DNA of 33,100 nucleotides from positions 14,368-47,467 of the forward strand of contig DPKF01000061.1 of NCBI GenBank assembly GCA_003542655.1. Reading direction: 5' to 3'. Below the pieces are notes generated by a model. It saw nothing but the letters and a program-made list of their open reading frames with translations, made no database searches and was not told the DNA's origin. A program made the translations under genes and the position numbers. The stretch is from Holosporales bacterium. Its GTDB lineage: Bacteria > Pseudomonadota > Alphaproteobacteria > Paracaedibacterales > UBA11393. Each line of letters opens with the position of its first letter. Position 1 is the stretch's first letter. This document shows, one piece after another, positions 17,906-26,180 of the stretch.

Positions 17906-18349
17906 ATGAACAGTATCGTTAAAGAAAAAATTCAAGAAGCTTTAAATCATAAATCACTCACTGCAACAGAAGTGGAAAGAGAGGTAGGTATTCCTCTTGC
18001 TTCGCTTAGAAATTTTCTTAAAGGGCGCGTATTAGAACCAAGATTTGATGTCATTATAAAGGTTACACAATATCTAAAAATAAACTTAGCGGACATGCTA
18101 TCTGAGGAAAAATTAACAAAAAATGCAATTGAAAAAACGTCATCAAGTCCATTGCATGAATGGGATAAAAATCTCTTTCAATCTGCTGTAGAGTCTGTAT
18201 CTAAAATTTTAGAAGAAAATCAGTATAAGCTTTGCTATAACCAGGTGATGCCAATTGTAGAATCAGCTTACCTCTACTCACTTGAGCATAAAAACAAACG
18301 TATTGATGATGACTTTGTAGCCTGGAGCATCAAACAAATAAACGTCTAA
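17906..18349 (+). CDS. XRE-family (Cro/CI-type HTH) transcriptional regulator
   Basis: 147 aa. The N-terminus KIQEALNHKSLTATEVEREVGIPLASLRNFLKGRVLEPRFDVIIKVTQYLKINLADML is a canonical HTH_XRE domain. The gene is divergent from the tra operon. Confidence 0.8.
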   Translation: MNSIVKEKIQEALNHKSLTATEVEREVGIPLASLRNFLKGRVLEPRFDVIIKVTQYLKINLADMLSEEKLTKNAIEKTSSSPLHEWDKNLFQSAVESVSKILEENQYKLCYNQVMPIVESAYLYSLEHKNKRIDDDFVAWSIKQINV

Positions 18350-18357
18350 ATTAATAT

Positions 18358-20016
18358 CTAAAATAATTGTATGACGTTACTTTTTTGATCACATTTGTTA
18401 TCGTTCTTGATACAATCTTCAACAAGAATACGAAAAATACGTTCTTCATTTTTTTGTGACTCACAAAAAACTGGAATACCAAAATCTTTAGCCATATCAA
18501 TAATCTCATCCACACAACTATAATGGCATAATGCTTTATCTACGCTTATATCAATATGCTGCAAATGAAAATCTTCTTGCAGAAGCTTTCCAGATATAGA
18601 CACGAAAACAATAGCCTTGTTAACGCCGGAATAAACAACATTTACACTAATTGTGCCATTGCTCATTATCATATTTAATGCAACATTCATGATGGACTTA
18701 AAAATATGTAAATATTTTAAATCTGATCCAACAAAAACTTTATGCTCTATATGCTTATCATTAAAAACACTCATTTTAATGCCTTCTTTTTGAGCTTTTT
18801 CATAAAACATTTCAACACCCTCTACAATAAGCTCATATAGTGAAAATTCTTTTACAGAATGCGTGAACATCTCACGATCAAAATTATCAATTAATTTAAT
18901 AATATCGACAATCTCTTTATCTTTTTGAAACATACTTTTTTGAAGTTTTGCGTGTATAACTGTACGCACAATGTCAAAATTCTTATAAAAATTTGAATAT
19001 GTACGCTCTCCAAATCGAATAATTGCCTTATATGATTTTTTTGTTTCCGAGTAAAAGTTAATCGTTTGACTATACGACTTAATAATGTTCTGCGCAATCT
19101 GTATACTATCGTGAATATGTGTAATCGATGCACAATGGTGTTTTTCTTGTGTTCCAATAATTGAAAAAAATGGATCTAATATACTTTTTTTTATGATTTT
19201 GTTGTTTATATAGATAAAATAAAGAAAAAGAATAAGAAGAAAAAAGTATAAAAAATAATCTAACACTATAAATTTTATTATTGATGAATAGCTTTTTTCG
19301 TAAGCGATAGATATAAATTTATCACTATCAGGCTGCTTTTGTTCAATTTCATAGTCCAATAGTGAGATCTTTATTAATAGACCATCTCTATGAAAATTAA
19401 TCTTTAAAATACTGTCTGCGGCCATAAACTGTCTTAAATGATTTATTAAACTATCTAGATTCAAACCAAAAACAATAAAACCCAGCGGTTCCTTTTTTTC
19501 ATTACAAACCATCATATTTGTCGGCAAAACCTGTCTACTACTAAACATATTTTTTGTAACCCCAGAAAACCGTAAGAGTTGATCCGCTTTTTTCGATAGG
19601 GCAAAACAAGGTCTATCAGATAAATTTTTCAGTTCATTTCTGGATAAAATACCCTTTTTTCCGCTAACTATTATATTACCATTAGCATCAGCCCAGCTCA
19701 CATAAGAGCCTAAGAAATAGGAAAGCTCCGATTTTGAAAAAGTATTTAATATTTTTTCAATATGCAAATTGTCACTACCAAAGAACCGAATATTATCACC
19801 TACTAAAGAAATTGTTTTTTCAAGGTCGGAAAAAAACAGACCAACATAGTTGGTAACAAAAAAAGCATCCCTCTTCTTAAAGTCAGCATCATCAACTGCC
19901 TTCTTATAAATTAAAGCAGAAAAAACAAAAATAATGAGAAGAAGAGAAAAAAACAAGATTTTTACATATTGAACACGAAAAAGATTTAACAGCTTATTTT
20001 TTAAGATATTGATCAT
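18358..20016 (-). CDS. membrane sensor with Cache-like periplasmic domain and a degenerate histidine-kinase-like C-terminus (probable pseudokinase)
   Basis: 552 aa with two TM segments bracketing a Cache-like block (NLSDRPCFALSKK...VLPTNMMVCNEKKEPLGFIVFGLNLDSL). The C-terminus resembles HATPase_c (GSDLKYLHIFKSIMNVALNMIMSNGTISVNVVY...IIDMAKDFGIPVFCESQKNEERIFRILV). I find no H-box histidine (RFGERTYSNF occupies the place of SHELRTPL), no DxGxG and no GxGLG boxes. Confidence 0.6.
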   Translation of the reverse strand: MINILKNKLLNLFRVQYVKILFFSLLLIIFVFSALIYKKAVDDADFKKRDAFFVTNYVGLFFSDLEKTISLVGDNIRFFGSDNLHIEKILNTFSKSELSYFLGSYVSWADANGNIIVSGKKGILSRNELKNLSDRPCFALSKKADQLLRFSGVTKNMFSSRQVLPTNMMVCNEKKEPLGFIVFGLNLDSLINHLRQFMAADSILKINFHRDGLLIKISLLDYEIEQKQPDSDKFISIAYEKSYSSIIKFIVLDYFLYFFLLILFLYFIYINNKIIKKSILDPFFSIIGTQEKHHCASITHIHDSIQIAQNIIKSYSQTINFYSETKKSYKAIIRFGERTYSNFYKNFDIVRTVIHAKLQKSMFQKDKEIVDIIKLIDNFDREMFTHSVKEFSLYELIVEGVEMFYEKAQKEGIKMSVFNDKHIEHKVFVGSDLKYLHIFKSIMNVALNMIMSNGTISVNVVYSGVNKAIVFVSISGKLLQEDFHLQHIDISVDKALCHYSCVDEIIDMAKDFGIPVFCESQKNEERIFRILVEDCIKNDNKCDQKSNVIQLF

Positions 20017-20100
20017 TAAAAAGTACTTAAAAAATTGATTTAGTGCTATATTACCTCCATAAGTCAGTCAAATCAATTTTTTCAATTTTAATAAAATTTT

Positions 20101-20913
20101 ATGTTCCTTCTTAAAAAAAACAGTTTTCTAATAGCCGTTCTTTGTACTATGCTTATACCCATAATCATCACAATTAAAAATAAGACATTGCAATCCTACA
20201 CAACCATTCGTCAATCTGCAGAGCTTCTACCATATGTGGAGAACCTATCTAAAAATACCCTTATCTTATTTGATATTGACGACACACTCATTACACCAAT
20301 TTCAAGAACTTTTGCGTCCCCATACAAAAATATGATAGATAAAATAAAATCATCTAAAGATAAGTACTCAAATTATGAAGAAATTATCAGTACATGGCGC
20401 TTAAGCAGAAAAATTAAATTAACAGACTTAGGGTGGCCTGATATCATAAATGGGTTAAAAAAGCATTTTCATGTATACGCTTTGACAAAAATGGACACCG
20501 GAAAAGTTGGTCATATTCAATCAACAGAAATATGGCGTTATAATGAACTGGCATCTTTAGGCTTGTTTTTCACGAGCGACTCATCAGCACTAGAAAAACA
20601 AAACGGTTCAACCCTTTTTAAGGGTATCGTTTTTACAGGCAAATGTAAAAAAAGTGAAGCTCTACGAAATCATCTGGCAATTTCTACCTGTCCACATATT
20701 GTCATGATAGACGACAGAAGTGAACATTTAGATGATATAAAACAATTTTGTAAAATAAATAACATTCCCTTTACTGGTATTCGTTTTGACATACCGCAGG
20801 TAGAAGTTCATCCGGATATACCAAAAATTCAACATTATTTTTTAACTCAGAAAAACAAATGGCTCGAAGATGACGAGGCCATGAAAGAAGTGCAATTTCT
20901 TGAACGATTTTGA
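20101..20913 (+). CDS. HAD-superfamily phosphatase-like protein with N-terminal TM/signal segment (DUF2608-like)
   Basis: 270 aa. HAD motif I is LFDIDDTLITP and motif IV-like is VMIDDRSEHLDD. The N-terminal hydrophobic segment is FLIAVLCTMLIPIIITI. Confidence 0.6.
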   Translation: MFLLKKNSFLIAVLCTMLIPIIITIKNKTLQSYTTIRQSAELLPYVENLSKNTLILFDIDDTLITPISRTFASPYKNMIDKIKSSKDKYSNYEEIISTWRLSRKIKLTDLGWPDIINGLKKHFHVYALTKMDTGKVGHIQSTEIWRYNELASLGLFFTSDSSALEKQNGSTLFKGIVFTGKCKKSEALRNHLAISTCPHIVMIDDRSEHLDDIKQFCKINNIPFTGIRFDIPQVEVHPDIPKIQHYFLTQKNKWLEDDEAMKEVQFLERF

Positions 20914-20953
20914 AAAAAAAGTCGACAAAATACACAAAAAAGTCAGCCCTGCC

Positions 20954-22036
20954 CTACTCTAAAAACAAATGACCGAAGTGCTGCAATATATAATCCTCAA
21001 CAAATTTATTATCCGCTTTTATTTTAAATTCTCTGTCCCTTTGCACAAATATAACCTTTGTAAACCAGGCATTGTAAACGTGCGCACCAAGTTTTTGCAA
21101 AACCAGTAACCGTATCTGACAACACGCATCTGTTTCAAATTGAACACACCCCTGAATATGCTCATGTGCCCTACTCTCCTCCGTTTTTATATCGAGTTGC
21201 ACAGGAATATCTTTGACGCCAAGCTCACCCTTAAAAATGCGATCCATGGTATTAAACTTAAGCGCCCAATTTAAGGAGAGGTTAAATGCCTCGGACGTAA
21301 TGTAGTTGCTGCTTTTAAGACGGTAAAGATAGTTTTCCCATCGCTTCATATCGTGATCGCATTTTTGTTTAAAGGCTGACAAAAGCAATGGGGCTAAATC
21401 CTTGTTCATCTTCATTGATGAAGTTGGAAAAGTCTTATTCCAAAAAGCAAGCATGTCTTGAACGGTCGTATTTTTAACAGGGATTTGATCTGGTTCATTA
21501 TAAAATTCGCTGTTAATAACTTCGTGTATTGTAGGACTTTCCCCTGCCCCATTAATTTTTATATTTTTATCTGAGACTTGTGCGGCTTGTTTTTTCTTTA
21601 ATGAATGATGAATTATTTTATCTGAATCTGATTTATTATTTAAATCTTTGTTTGTATTTTCCTGTATAACCATTAGGCTTTTTTTTCCTAATGATTGGGA
21701 AGTTTTTTCCTCTTTTTTTTGAGAGTTAAAGCCTTCTAAGGCTTTATAATTTAGGGTTATATAATTTGTGCGATTTGATTTATGTTTACTCAGTTTGTCA
21801 ATTTCAATTATTTTTTTGTTTAGGAGCAGCTTTATATAATTACGGATTGTTCTGGAGGAAACGCGTAGCTGTTTGGCCCATTCTTCAGCCGTATTATATA
21901 TCCATTTTTTGTCATCATGGATAACGCCAACGTTCTTTTTTTTAATCCAGTAGTGAATTTGATTTATAAATTGAGCACCGGTTCGACCAAATTCATCGAT
22001 AAGGTGCGCCTGGGCAATTAGGGTGTGATTCTGCAT
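20954..22036 (-). CDS. candidate plasmid replication initiator with N-terminal winged-helix and C-terminal DnaA_N-like domain
   Basis: 360 aa. The N-terminus is AEEWAKQLRVSSRTIRNYIKLLLNKKIIEI (wHTH-like). The C-terminus IRLLVLQKLGAHVYNAWFTKVIFVQRDREFKIKADNKFVEDYILQHFGHLF follows the DnaA N-terminal domain pattern. The gene lies next to the repeat array and parA. DnaA-like Rep proteins are described on Rickettsia plasmids. Confidence 0.6.
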   Translation of the reverse strand: MQNHTLIAQAHLIDEFGRTGAQFINQIHYWIKKKNVGVIHDDKKWIYNTAEEWAKQLRVSSRTIRNYIKLLLNKKIIEIDKLSKHKSNRTNYITLNYKALEGFNSQKKEEKTSQSLGKKSLMVIQENTNKDLNNKSDSDKIIHHSLKKKQAAQVSDKNIKINGAGESPTIHEVINSEFYNEPDQIPVKNTTVQDMLAFWNKTFPTSSMKMNKDLAPLLLSAFKQKCDHDMKRWENYLYRLKSSNYITSEAFNLSLNWALKFNTMDRIFKGELGVKDIPVQLDIKTEESRAHEHIQGCVQFETDACCQIRLLVLQKLGAHVYNAWFTKVIFVQRDREFKIKADNKFVEDYILQHFGHLFLE

Positions 22037-22134
22037 ACTATTTTCCTATTTAGTTGCAGCAACATTGACTTTTCCAAAACAATAAAGTATTCTGGGTATG
22101 TCTAAAGTAAATGCGCGCTGCGTGTTTTGTCGAA

Positions 22135-22152
22135 AAGGGGTTGCAGCCCCTT
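22135..22152 (-). terminator. weak hairpin overlapping the stop of the RHH gene
   Basis: On the minus strand: AAGGGG-CTGCAA-CCCCTT followed by TTCG. It is a 6-bp stem with a short T run. It could attenuate read-through into rep. Confidence 0.3.
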
Positions 22153-22390
22153 ATTCGACTTTTTCTAATTTGCTCAAGATTAAGCTCATTATATTTTTTA
22201 TATCTTTTAATTCTTGATGTAGCAGATTAGTTGTTTCTTCTGTTTTATTGTTAAATCCATTTTTAATTCTTTCATTAATTGCTTCTTTTATGTATTGTGT
22301 TTTTGCAATTCCTCGTTTTTCGCAATCTTTTTCTATTTGTATTGCGACTTCAACTGGTATTGCAAGATTTATTCTGGTTGATTTGGTCAT
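22151..22390 (-). CDS. ribbon-helix-helix (CopG/Arc/MetJ-like) DNA-binding protein
   Basis: 79 aa. TRINLAIPVEVAIQIEKDCEKRGIAKTQYIKEAINERIK has the RHH beta-alpha-alpha pattern. The gene lies just upstream of rep and adjacent to the repeat array. Confidence 0.6.
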   Translation of the reverse strand: MTKSTRINLAIPVEVAIQIEKDCEKRGIAKTQYIKEAINERIKNGFNNKTEETTNLLHQELKDIKNIMSLILSKLEKVE

Positions 22391-22489
22391 TTCCTAAAAA
22401 TCATTAATAATATATTACAAATTTAGCTGATGTTTTTGTGTGTGTCAACAGGTGTTTTTTGGGGTGCCTATTTGTGTAGTTTTATATAT

Positions 22490-22980
22490 ATCTGCATAGC
22501 TACCTTGATAGTTGTCTATGTTCTTAGTTAACTAATGACATAGCTGTATACCTAACTATAAAGATAGTTTTTTATTTTAATAGTTAGATATATAGTTAGG
22601 TGTCAAGTTTAATATCTTTATAGCTTAATAGTTTTCTATGCTTCTAGTTGGCTGCTTCCATACTTGTATACCTAACTATAAAGATAGTTTTTTAGTTTAA
22701 TAGTTAGATATACAGTCAGGTGTCTAGTTTAATATCTTTATAGCTTAATAGTTTTCTATTTTTCTAGTTGGTTGCTTCCATGCTTGTATATCTAACTATA
22801 AAGATAGTTTTTTAGTTTAATAGTTAGATATACAGTTAGGTGTCTAGTTTAATATCTTTATAGCTTAACAGTTTTCTATTTTTCTAGTTGGCTACTTCCA
22901 TACTTGTATACCTAACTATTAAGATGGTTTTTTAGTTTGATAGTTGGCTATATCGTTAGGTGTCTAGCTATCTATCTTGC
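22490..22980. repeat. tandem array of about four copies of an exactly 120-bp unit, with degenerate flanks to about 22440 and 23100; candidate iteron/centromere region
   Basis: CCTAACTATA (or a 1-nt variant) recurs at 22551, 22671, 22791 and 22911. Units 2-4 are near-identical. Each unit has nested inverted repeats (CCTAACTATA ... TATAGTTAGG; CTATAAAGATA ... TATCTTTATAG) and about six TAGTT(A/T/G) cores. Confidence 0.9.
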
Positions 22981-23274
22981 TATTTATGTAGTAAAATAGC
23001 TTTCTAACTTTATATTTTTCTTTTTGTATATATGACTATGCTTTAGTTGTATAGTTTTCTTTTAAAAGATATACCTAGTTATGTAGTTTTCTATCTAGCT
23101 TGCATAGGAGAATTGGGTGACTTGCAGCCCAGATGGATAAGAAGAGGGAAGACCGATAATTCACAGCAGTTGGCAGGTCTTAAGGAAAAATTCTGTAACA
23201 TTTTGTTTTTTTGCGACAAGATAGTAACTTTAGGTCTGCTGAGTATACAGTTGTGTAATTTATGTGCAGAAATT

Positions 23275-23308
23275 AAAAAGCACTACATGTGATGTATTGT
23301 GCTTTTTT
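23275..23308. terminator. bidirectional rho-independent-type hairpin between the repeat region and parA
   Basis: AAAAAGCACTACAT-GTG-ATGTA(TT)GTGCTTTTTT. An A-run precedes and a T-run follows the stem, so it could terminate on either strand. Confidence 0.5.
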
Positions 23309-23380
23309 GTGTCTATAGGGGTTGTTATGTGTGCCGTTTAGTGATACTGTAATGTTGATGATTATTTTTTATCGGACGTT

Positions 23381-24025
23381 ATGAAGGTTTTAACCGTTGC
23401 AAACAGGAAGGGTGGGGCAGGGAAGTCAACATGCGCTGCACATTTAGCTCTTGAAGCGACACGAGCAGGAATGCGTGTTATCCTTATAGATATGGATCCA
23501 CAAAAAACACTTGAAAATTGGTGGAATAAAAGAGAAGAAGAAAACCCATTTCTTATAGATGTAGTGGCTAGTGACTTACGTACTACTATCCATGATTTGG
23601 AGACTAATAATCTAGATTTATGTATTGTTGATACACCAGGAGACGCAAGTATGAATGCGGTTGTTGGTATAGAGGTTGCAGATTTAATATTAATTCCAAC
23701 TAAGCCAACAGCGCCAGATCTAACGGCAATTGGACGCACTATTAGCATGGTTGAAGATAATAATAAAAAATTCTGTTTTGTAATTACACAGGGTATCAAC
23801 AGAGCAAAGTCTACATTACAGGCTGCTTCGGTTTTGTCTCAATTTGGTCCTTTAGCGCCATCTGTTATTTCTAACAGAATTTCATATGCAAATGCAATGG
23901 GGCAGGGGGATTCTGCTGTTTTACTTGATAAATCTGCAGAAGTAGAAATTCAAGAAGTATGGTCTTTTGTCAGTAATATGCTATTTAAAAAAAATTCAAA
24001 TAATAAAAAGAAGATGGTGATTTAA
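23381..24025 (+). CDS. parA: ParA-family partition ATPase (small, type Ib-like)
   Basis: 214 aa with the deviant Walker A VANRKGGAGKST and Walker A'/B-like LIDMDPQ and CIVDTPG. It is followed immediately by a small RHH gene. Confidence 0.9.
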   Translation: MKVLTVANRKGGAGKSTCAAHLALEATRAGMRVILIDMDPQKTLENWWNKREEENPFLIDVVASDLRTTIHDLETNNLDLCIVDTPGDASMNAVVGIEVADLILIPTKPTAPDLTAIGRTISMVEDNNKKFCFVITQGINRAKSTLQAASVLSQFGPLAPSVISNRISYANAMGQGDSAVLLDKSAEVEIQEVWSFVSNMLFKKNSNNKKKMVI

Positions 24026-24259
24026 ATGGTAGTAAAAAAGCCAAAATTTCAACTCACTTCAGATTTAATTAGCGTTCAGAAGGAATCTGATTTTATGGAT
24101 AGTAAGCAAGATACAAAAAAAAATCTAGTAATTAAAGATCAACTTAATATTAAAATTTCTAAGCAATTAAAGCAAAACTTTCAAGTATGGTGTATTCAAA
24201 ATAACTTTAATATGTCTGAGTGCATAGAAAAAATGATTGAAGAGAAAATTAAAGGTTGA
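24026..24259 (+). CDS. ParG-like RHH centromere-binding protein (partition adaptor)
   Basis: 77 aa. Its ATG abuts the parA stop. The N-terminus looks basic and disordered, and the C-terminus LNIKISKQLKQNFQVWCIQNNFNMSECIEKMIEEKI follows the ParG-type RHH pattern. Confidence 0.55.
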   Translation: MVVKKPKFQLTSDLISVQKESDFMDSKQDTKKNLVIKDQLNIKISKQLKQNFQVWCIQNNFNMSECIEKMIEEKIKG

Positions 24260-24363
24260 TTTTTTGTCTAAATCTTCTTGCAAGAGCTGGGTGTGGGTGT
24301 TTTTTAACATTAAAAATTTGTGTGTGCTACACTACAAGCGTTCATAATGAATATGGTGAAAAC

Positions 24364-24753
24364 ATGTATAAGGTAGACAGTTTTAAATTTGTTGTTGATG
24401 AAAAGTTAGCCCAGGCACAAAAACAGATTTCTAATTTAGAAAAATGCAAGGGTAGACCACATATTTTGGATAATAAAACAGTGCAGCGTTTGATAGAGGT
24501 GTACCGCCAAGAAAAACAAATGGTTAAACATTTGATGATAACAAGCCGAAGCACATTGCAGGGTGATCTTAGTTACACAGATCGGCAGACTATGAAGCAA
24601 GTTGATGGTGATATACACATGTTAGATAAAGCATGTGATCAAATATTGTTTTTAGCAGATCATTTTCAGGAACATACAATAGATAAAATTATAGAAAAGA
24701 CGGATGTTGAATTAGCGGTGGATGTGTTAATGGGCAAGCATTATAAGCCATAA
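24364..24753 (+). CDS. hypothetical protein (129 aa from ATG 24364)
   Basis: The track ORF 24256..24753 has a Cys-rich, unlikely N-terminal extension. ATG 24364 (MYKVDSFKF...) is preceded by GGTGAA. The protein looks helical/coiled and belongs to no family I recognise. Confidence 0.4.
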   Translation: MYKVDSFKFVVDEKLAQAQKQISNLEKCKGRPHILDNKTVQRLIEVYRQEKQMVKHLMITSRSTLQGDLSYTDRQTMKQVDGDIHMLDKACDQILFLADHFQEHTIDKIIEKTDVELAVDVLMGKHYKP

Positions 24754-24785
24754 ATAAAATAGGGTAGGGTGGTTGTTATTTTGTA
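24749..24785 (+). repeat. copy A of a 24-nt motif CATAAATAAAATAGGGTAGGGTGG (+ATTTTGTA)
   Basis: It matches 32700-32723 at 22 of 24 positions, and both copies are followed by ATTTTGTA after a short gap. Copy A lies exactly at the junction where the resolvase reading frame begins without its N-terminus. Confidence 0.6.
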
Positions 24786-25204
24786 TATGCCTTAACTTTA
24801 GTAAATTAGCTGGCCAAAAAAATATTAGAGTGATCATAGTTAAGCAAAATCTAGATATTAGCCAACAAGATATGAATTCAAAAATTATTCGTACATTGTT
24901 TTTTTTATTTTCTGCGCTGGAGCGTGATCTAATGAGCCATAGAAAAAAAGAGGCGTTAGCATCTAAAAAAAGGCATGGTATGATTTTAGGAAAACAAAAG
25001 GGCACCATTCAAAAAAGCAGGTTTGATAAAGACGTTGATACAATTAAAGAGCTTTTAGGCTATGGTTTATCTAAGCGCAAAATTGCAAATGTGTTGGAGT
25101 ATACTAATCATATTTCCTTAACAACGTACCTTAAGAAAAGAAATATTGCGCCTACACCGCCTGAACTTTCTATGGTTAAAAAAGAGGAATCAATAAATGA
25201 CTAA
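24773..25204 (+). pseudogene. 5'-truncated serine recombinase (resolvase/invertase) lacking the catalytic N-terminal ~75 aa
   Basis: LAGQKNIRVIIVKQNLDIS...KIIRTLFFLFSALERDLMSHRKKEALASKKRHGMILGKQKG...LGYGLSKRKIANVL aligns with the E-helix/ERxxIxERxxxG region and C-terminal HTH of gamma-delta/Tn3-type resolvases. Stops lie directly upstream, and there is no Ser-nucleophile region (YxRVSxxxQ). Confidence 0.7.
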
Positions 25205-26168
25205 AAATACAGATATTACGTTATTTACATCATCAGATGGTGACGTTTCTTTAAATGTTCCTCTTGATAAAGAAACAGTTTGGCTTAGCTTAAAACAAAT
25301 GAGTGAGTTGTTTGGACGAGATAAGTCTGTTATTTCTAGGCACATTAAGAAGATTTTTGATGGTGCTGAATTATTAAAACAAGAAGTTGTTGCATATTTT
25401 GCAACAACTGCAGCAGATGGCAAACAATATCAAGTAGAATACTTTAATATTGATGTTGTTTTATCAGTTGGCTATCGCGTGAACTCTAAACGTGGAAGTG
25501 ACTTTAGACGCTGGTCTAATAACATTTTAAAGAAGTATATATTAGATGGATTTGCGCTTAATCACGCACAGCTATCAAAAACCGGTCTGAAGACATTAAA
25601 CCAGAGTATTGCACTTATTAAATCAATTTTAAGTGATGGTGATCAAAAAAATGATTTTGGAAGCAACGCACTTTCTATTATTGAGTCTTATGCAAAGTCT
25701 TGGTCAATACTGCTTAGTTTTGATGAAAATAAATTAGCCTCTATAGAAAATGTAGATACCATTACAGAATTTGATTTGAAAAAAGTTAAGGACGATATTG
25801 ATCAATTTAAGGTTGAACTTATTAAAAAGGGAGAAGCAACCGAGTTGTTTGGTAATTTAAGATCTGACGTTGATGTCGATTCGGTTTTTGATTCGGTTCA
25901 CCAAACATTTGATGGTGTTCCTCTTTATCAATCTTTAGAAGAACGTGCCGCACACGTTTTGTATTTCTTTGTTAAAAATCATATTTTCTTTGATGGTAAT
26001 AAACGTATTGGCAGTTTTATTTTTCTAATTTATTTATCACGTTGTTTTTATGAAGTGACCAAAATTGCAAATGAAACGTTGGTTGCTCTTGCATTACTTG
26101 TAGCGCGAAGCCATCCCAGTGAAAAAGAAACAATCATTCAATTGATTATGCATCTTATTAAAAGATAG
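25197..26168 (+). CDS. RhuM-like N-terminal domain fused to a Doc-type Fic domain
   Basis: 323 aa. The N-terminus LSLKQMSELFGRDKSVISRHIKKIF...VEYFNIDVVLSVGYRVNSKRGSDFRRWSNNILKKYILDG is the RhuM family pattern. The C-terminus HIFFDGNKRIGSFIF matches the Doc variant of the Fic motif (HxFxDGNKR). Confidence 0.85.
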   Translation: MTKNTDITLFTSSDGDVSLNVPLDKETVWLSLKQMSELFGRDKSVISRHIKKIFDGAELLKQEVVAYFATTAADGKQYQVEYFNIDVVLSVGYRVNSKRGSDFRRWSNNILKKYILDGFALNHAQLSKTGLKTLNQSIALIKSILSDGDQKNDFGSNALSIIESYAKSWSILLSFDENKLASIENVDTITEFDLKKVKDDIDQFKVELIKKGEATELFGNLRSDVDVDSVFDSVHQTFDGVPLYQSLEERAAHVLYFFVKNHIFFDGNKRIGSFIFLIYLSRCFYEVTKIANETLVALALLVARSHPSEKETIIQLIMHLIKR

Positions 26169-26180
26169 AGAACACAAACT

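Noticed and set aside
22490-22980. Possible CRISPR array
   Set aside because: The whole 120-bp unit repeats, with no unique spacers between conserved repeats. No cas genes are present. The location between rep and par genes fits iterons or a centromere instead.
23047-23292. 81-aa ORF upstream of parA
   Set aside because: It has a TTG start inside the degenerate repeats, no RBS and an implausible composition, and it ends inside the terminator hairpin. The region is more likely non-coding.
23362-23799. 145-aa ORF on the minus strand
   Set aside because: It lies entirely antisense to parA, which has unmistakable Walker motifs. It has no start context and no recognisable family.
24256-24363. 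N-terminal extension (MIFCLNLLARAGCGCFLTLKICVCY...) of the 165-aa ORF
   Set aside because: It is Cys-rich and odd in composition and overlaps the parG-like stop. The internal ATG at 24364 with an upstream purine-rich stretch is a better start.
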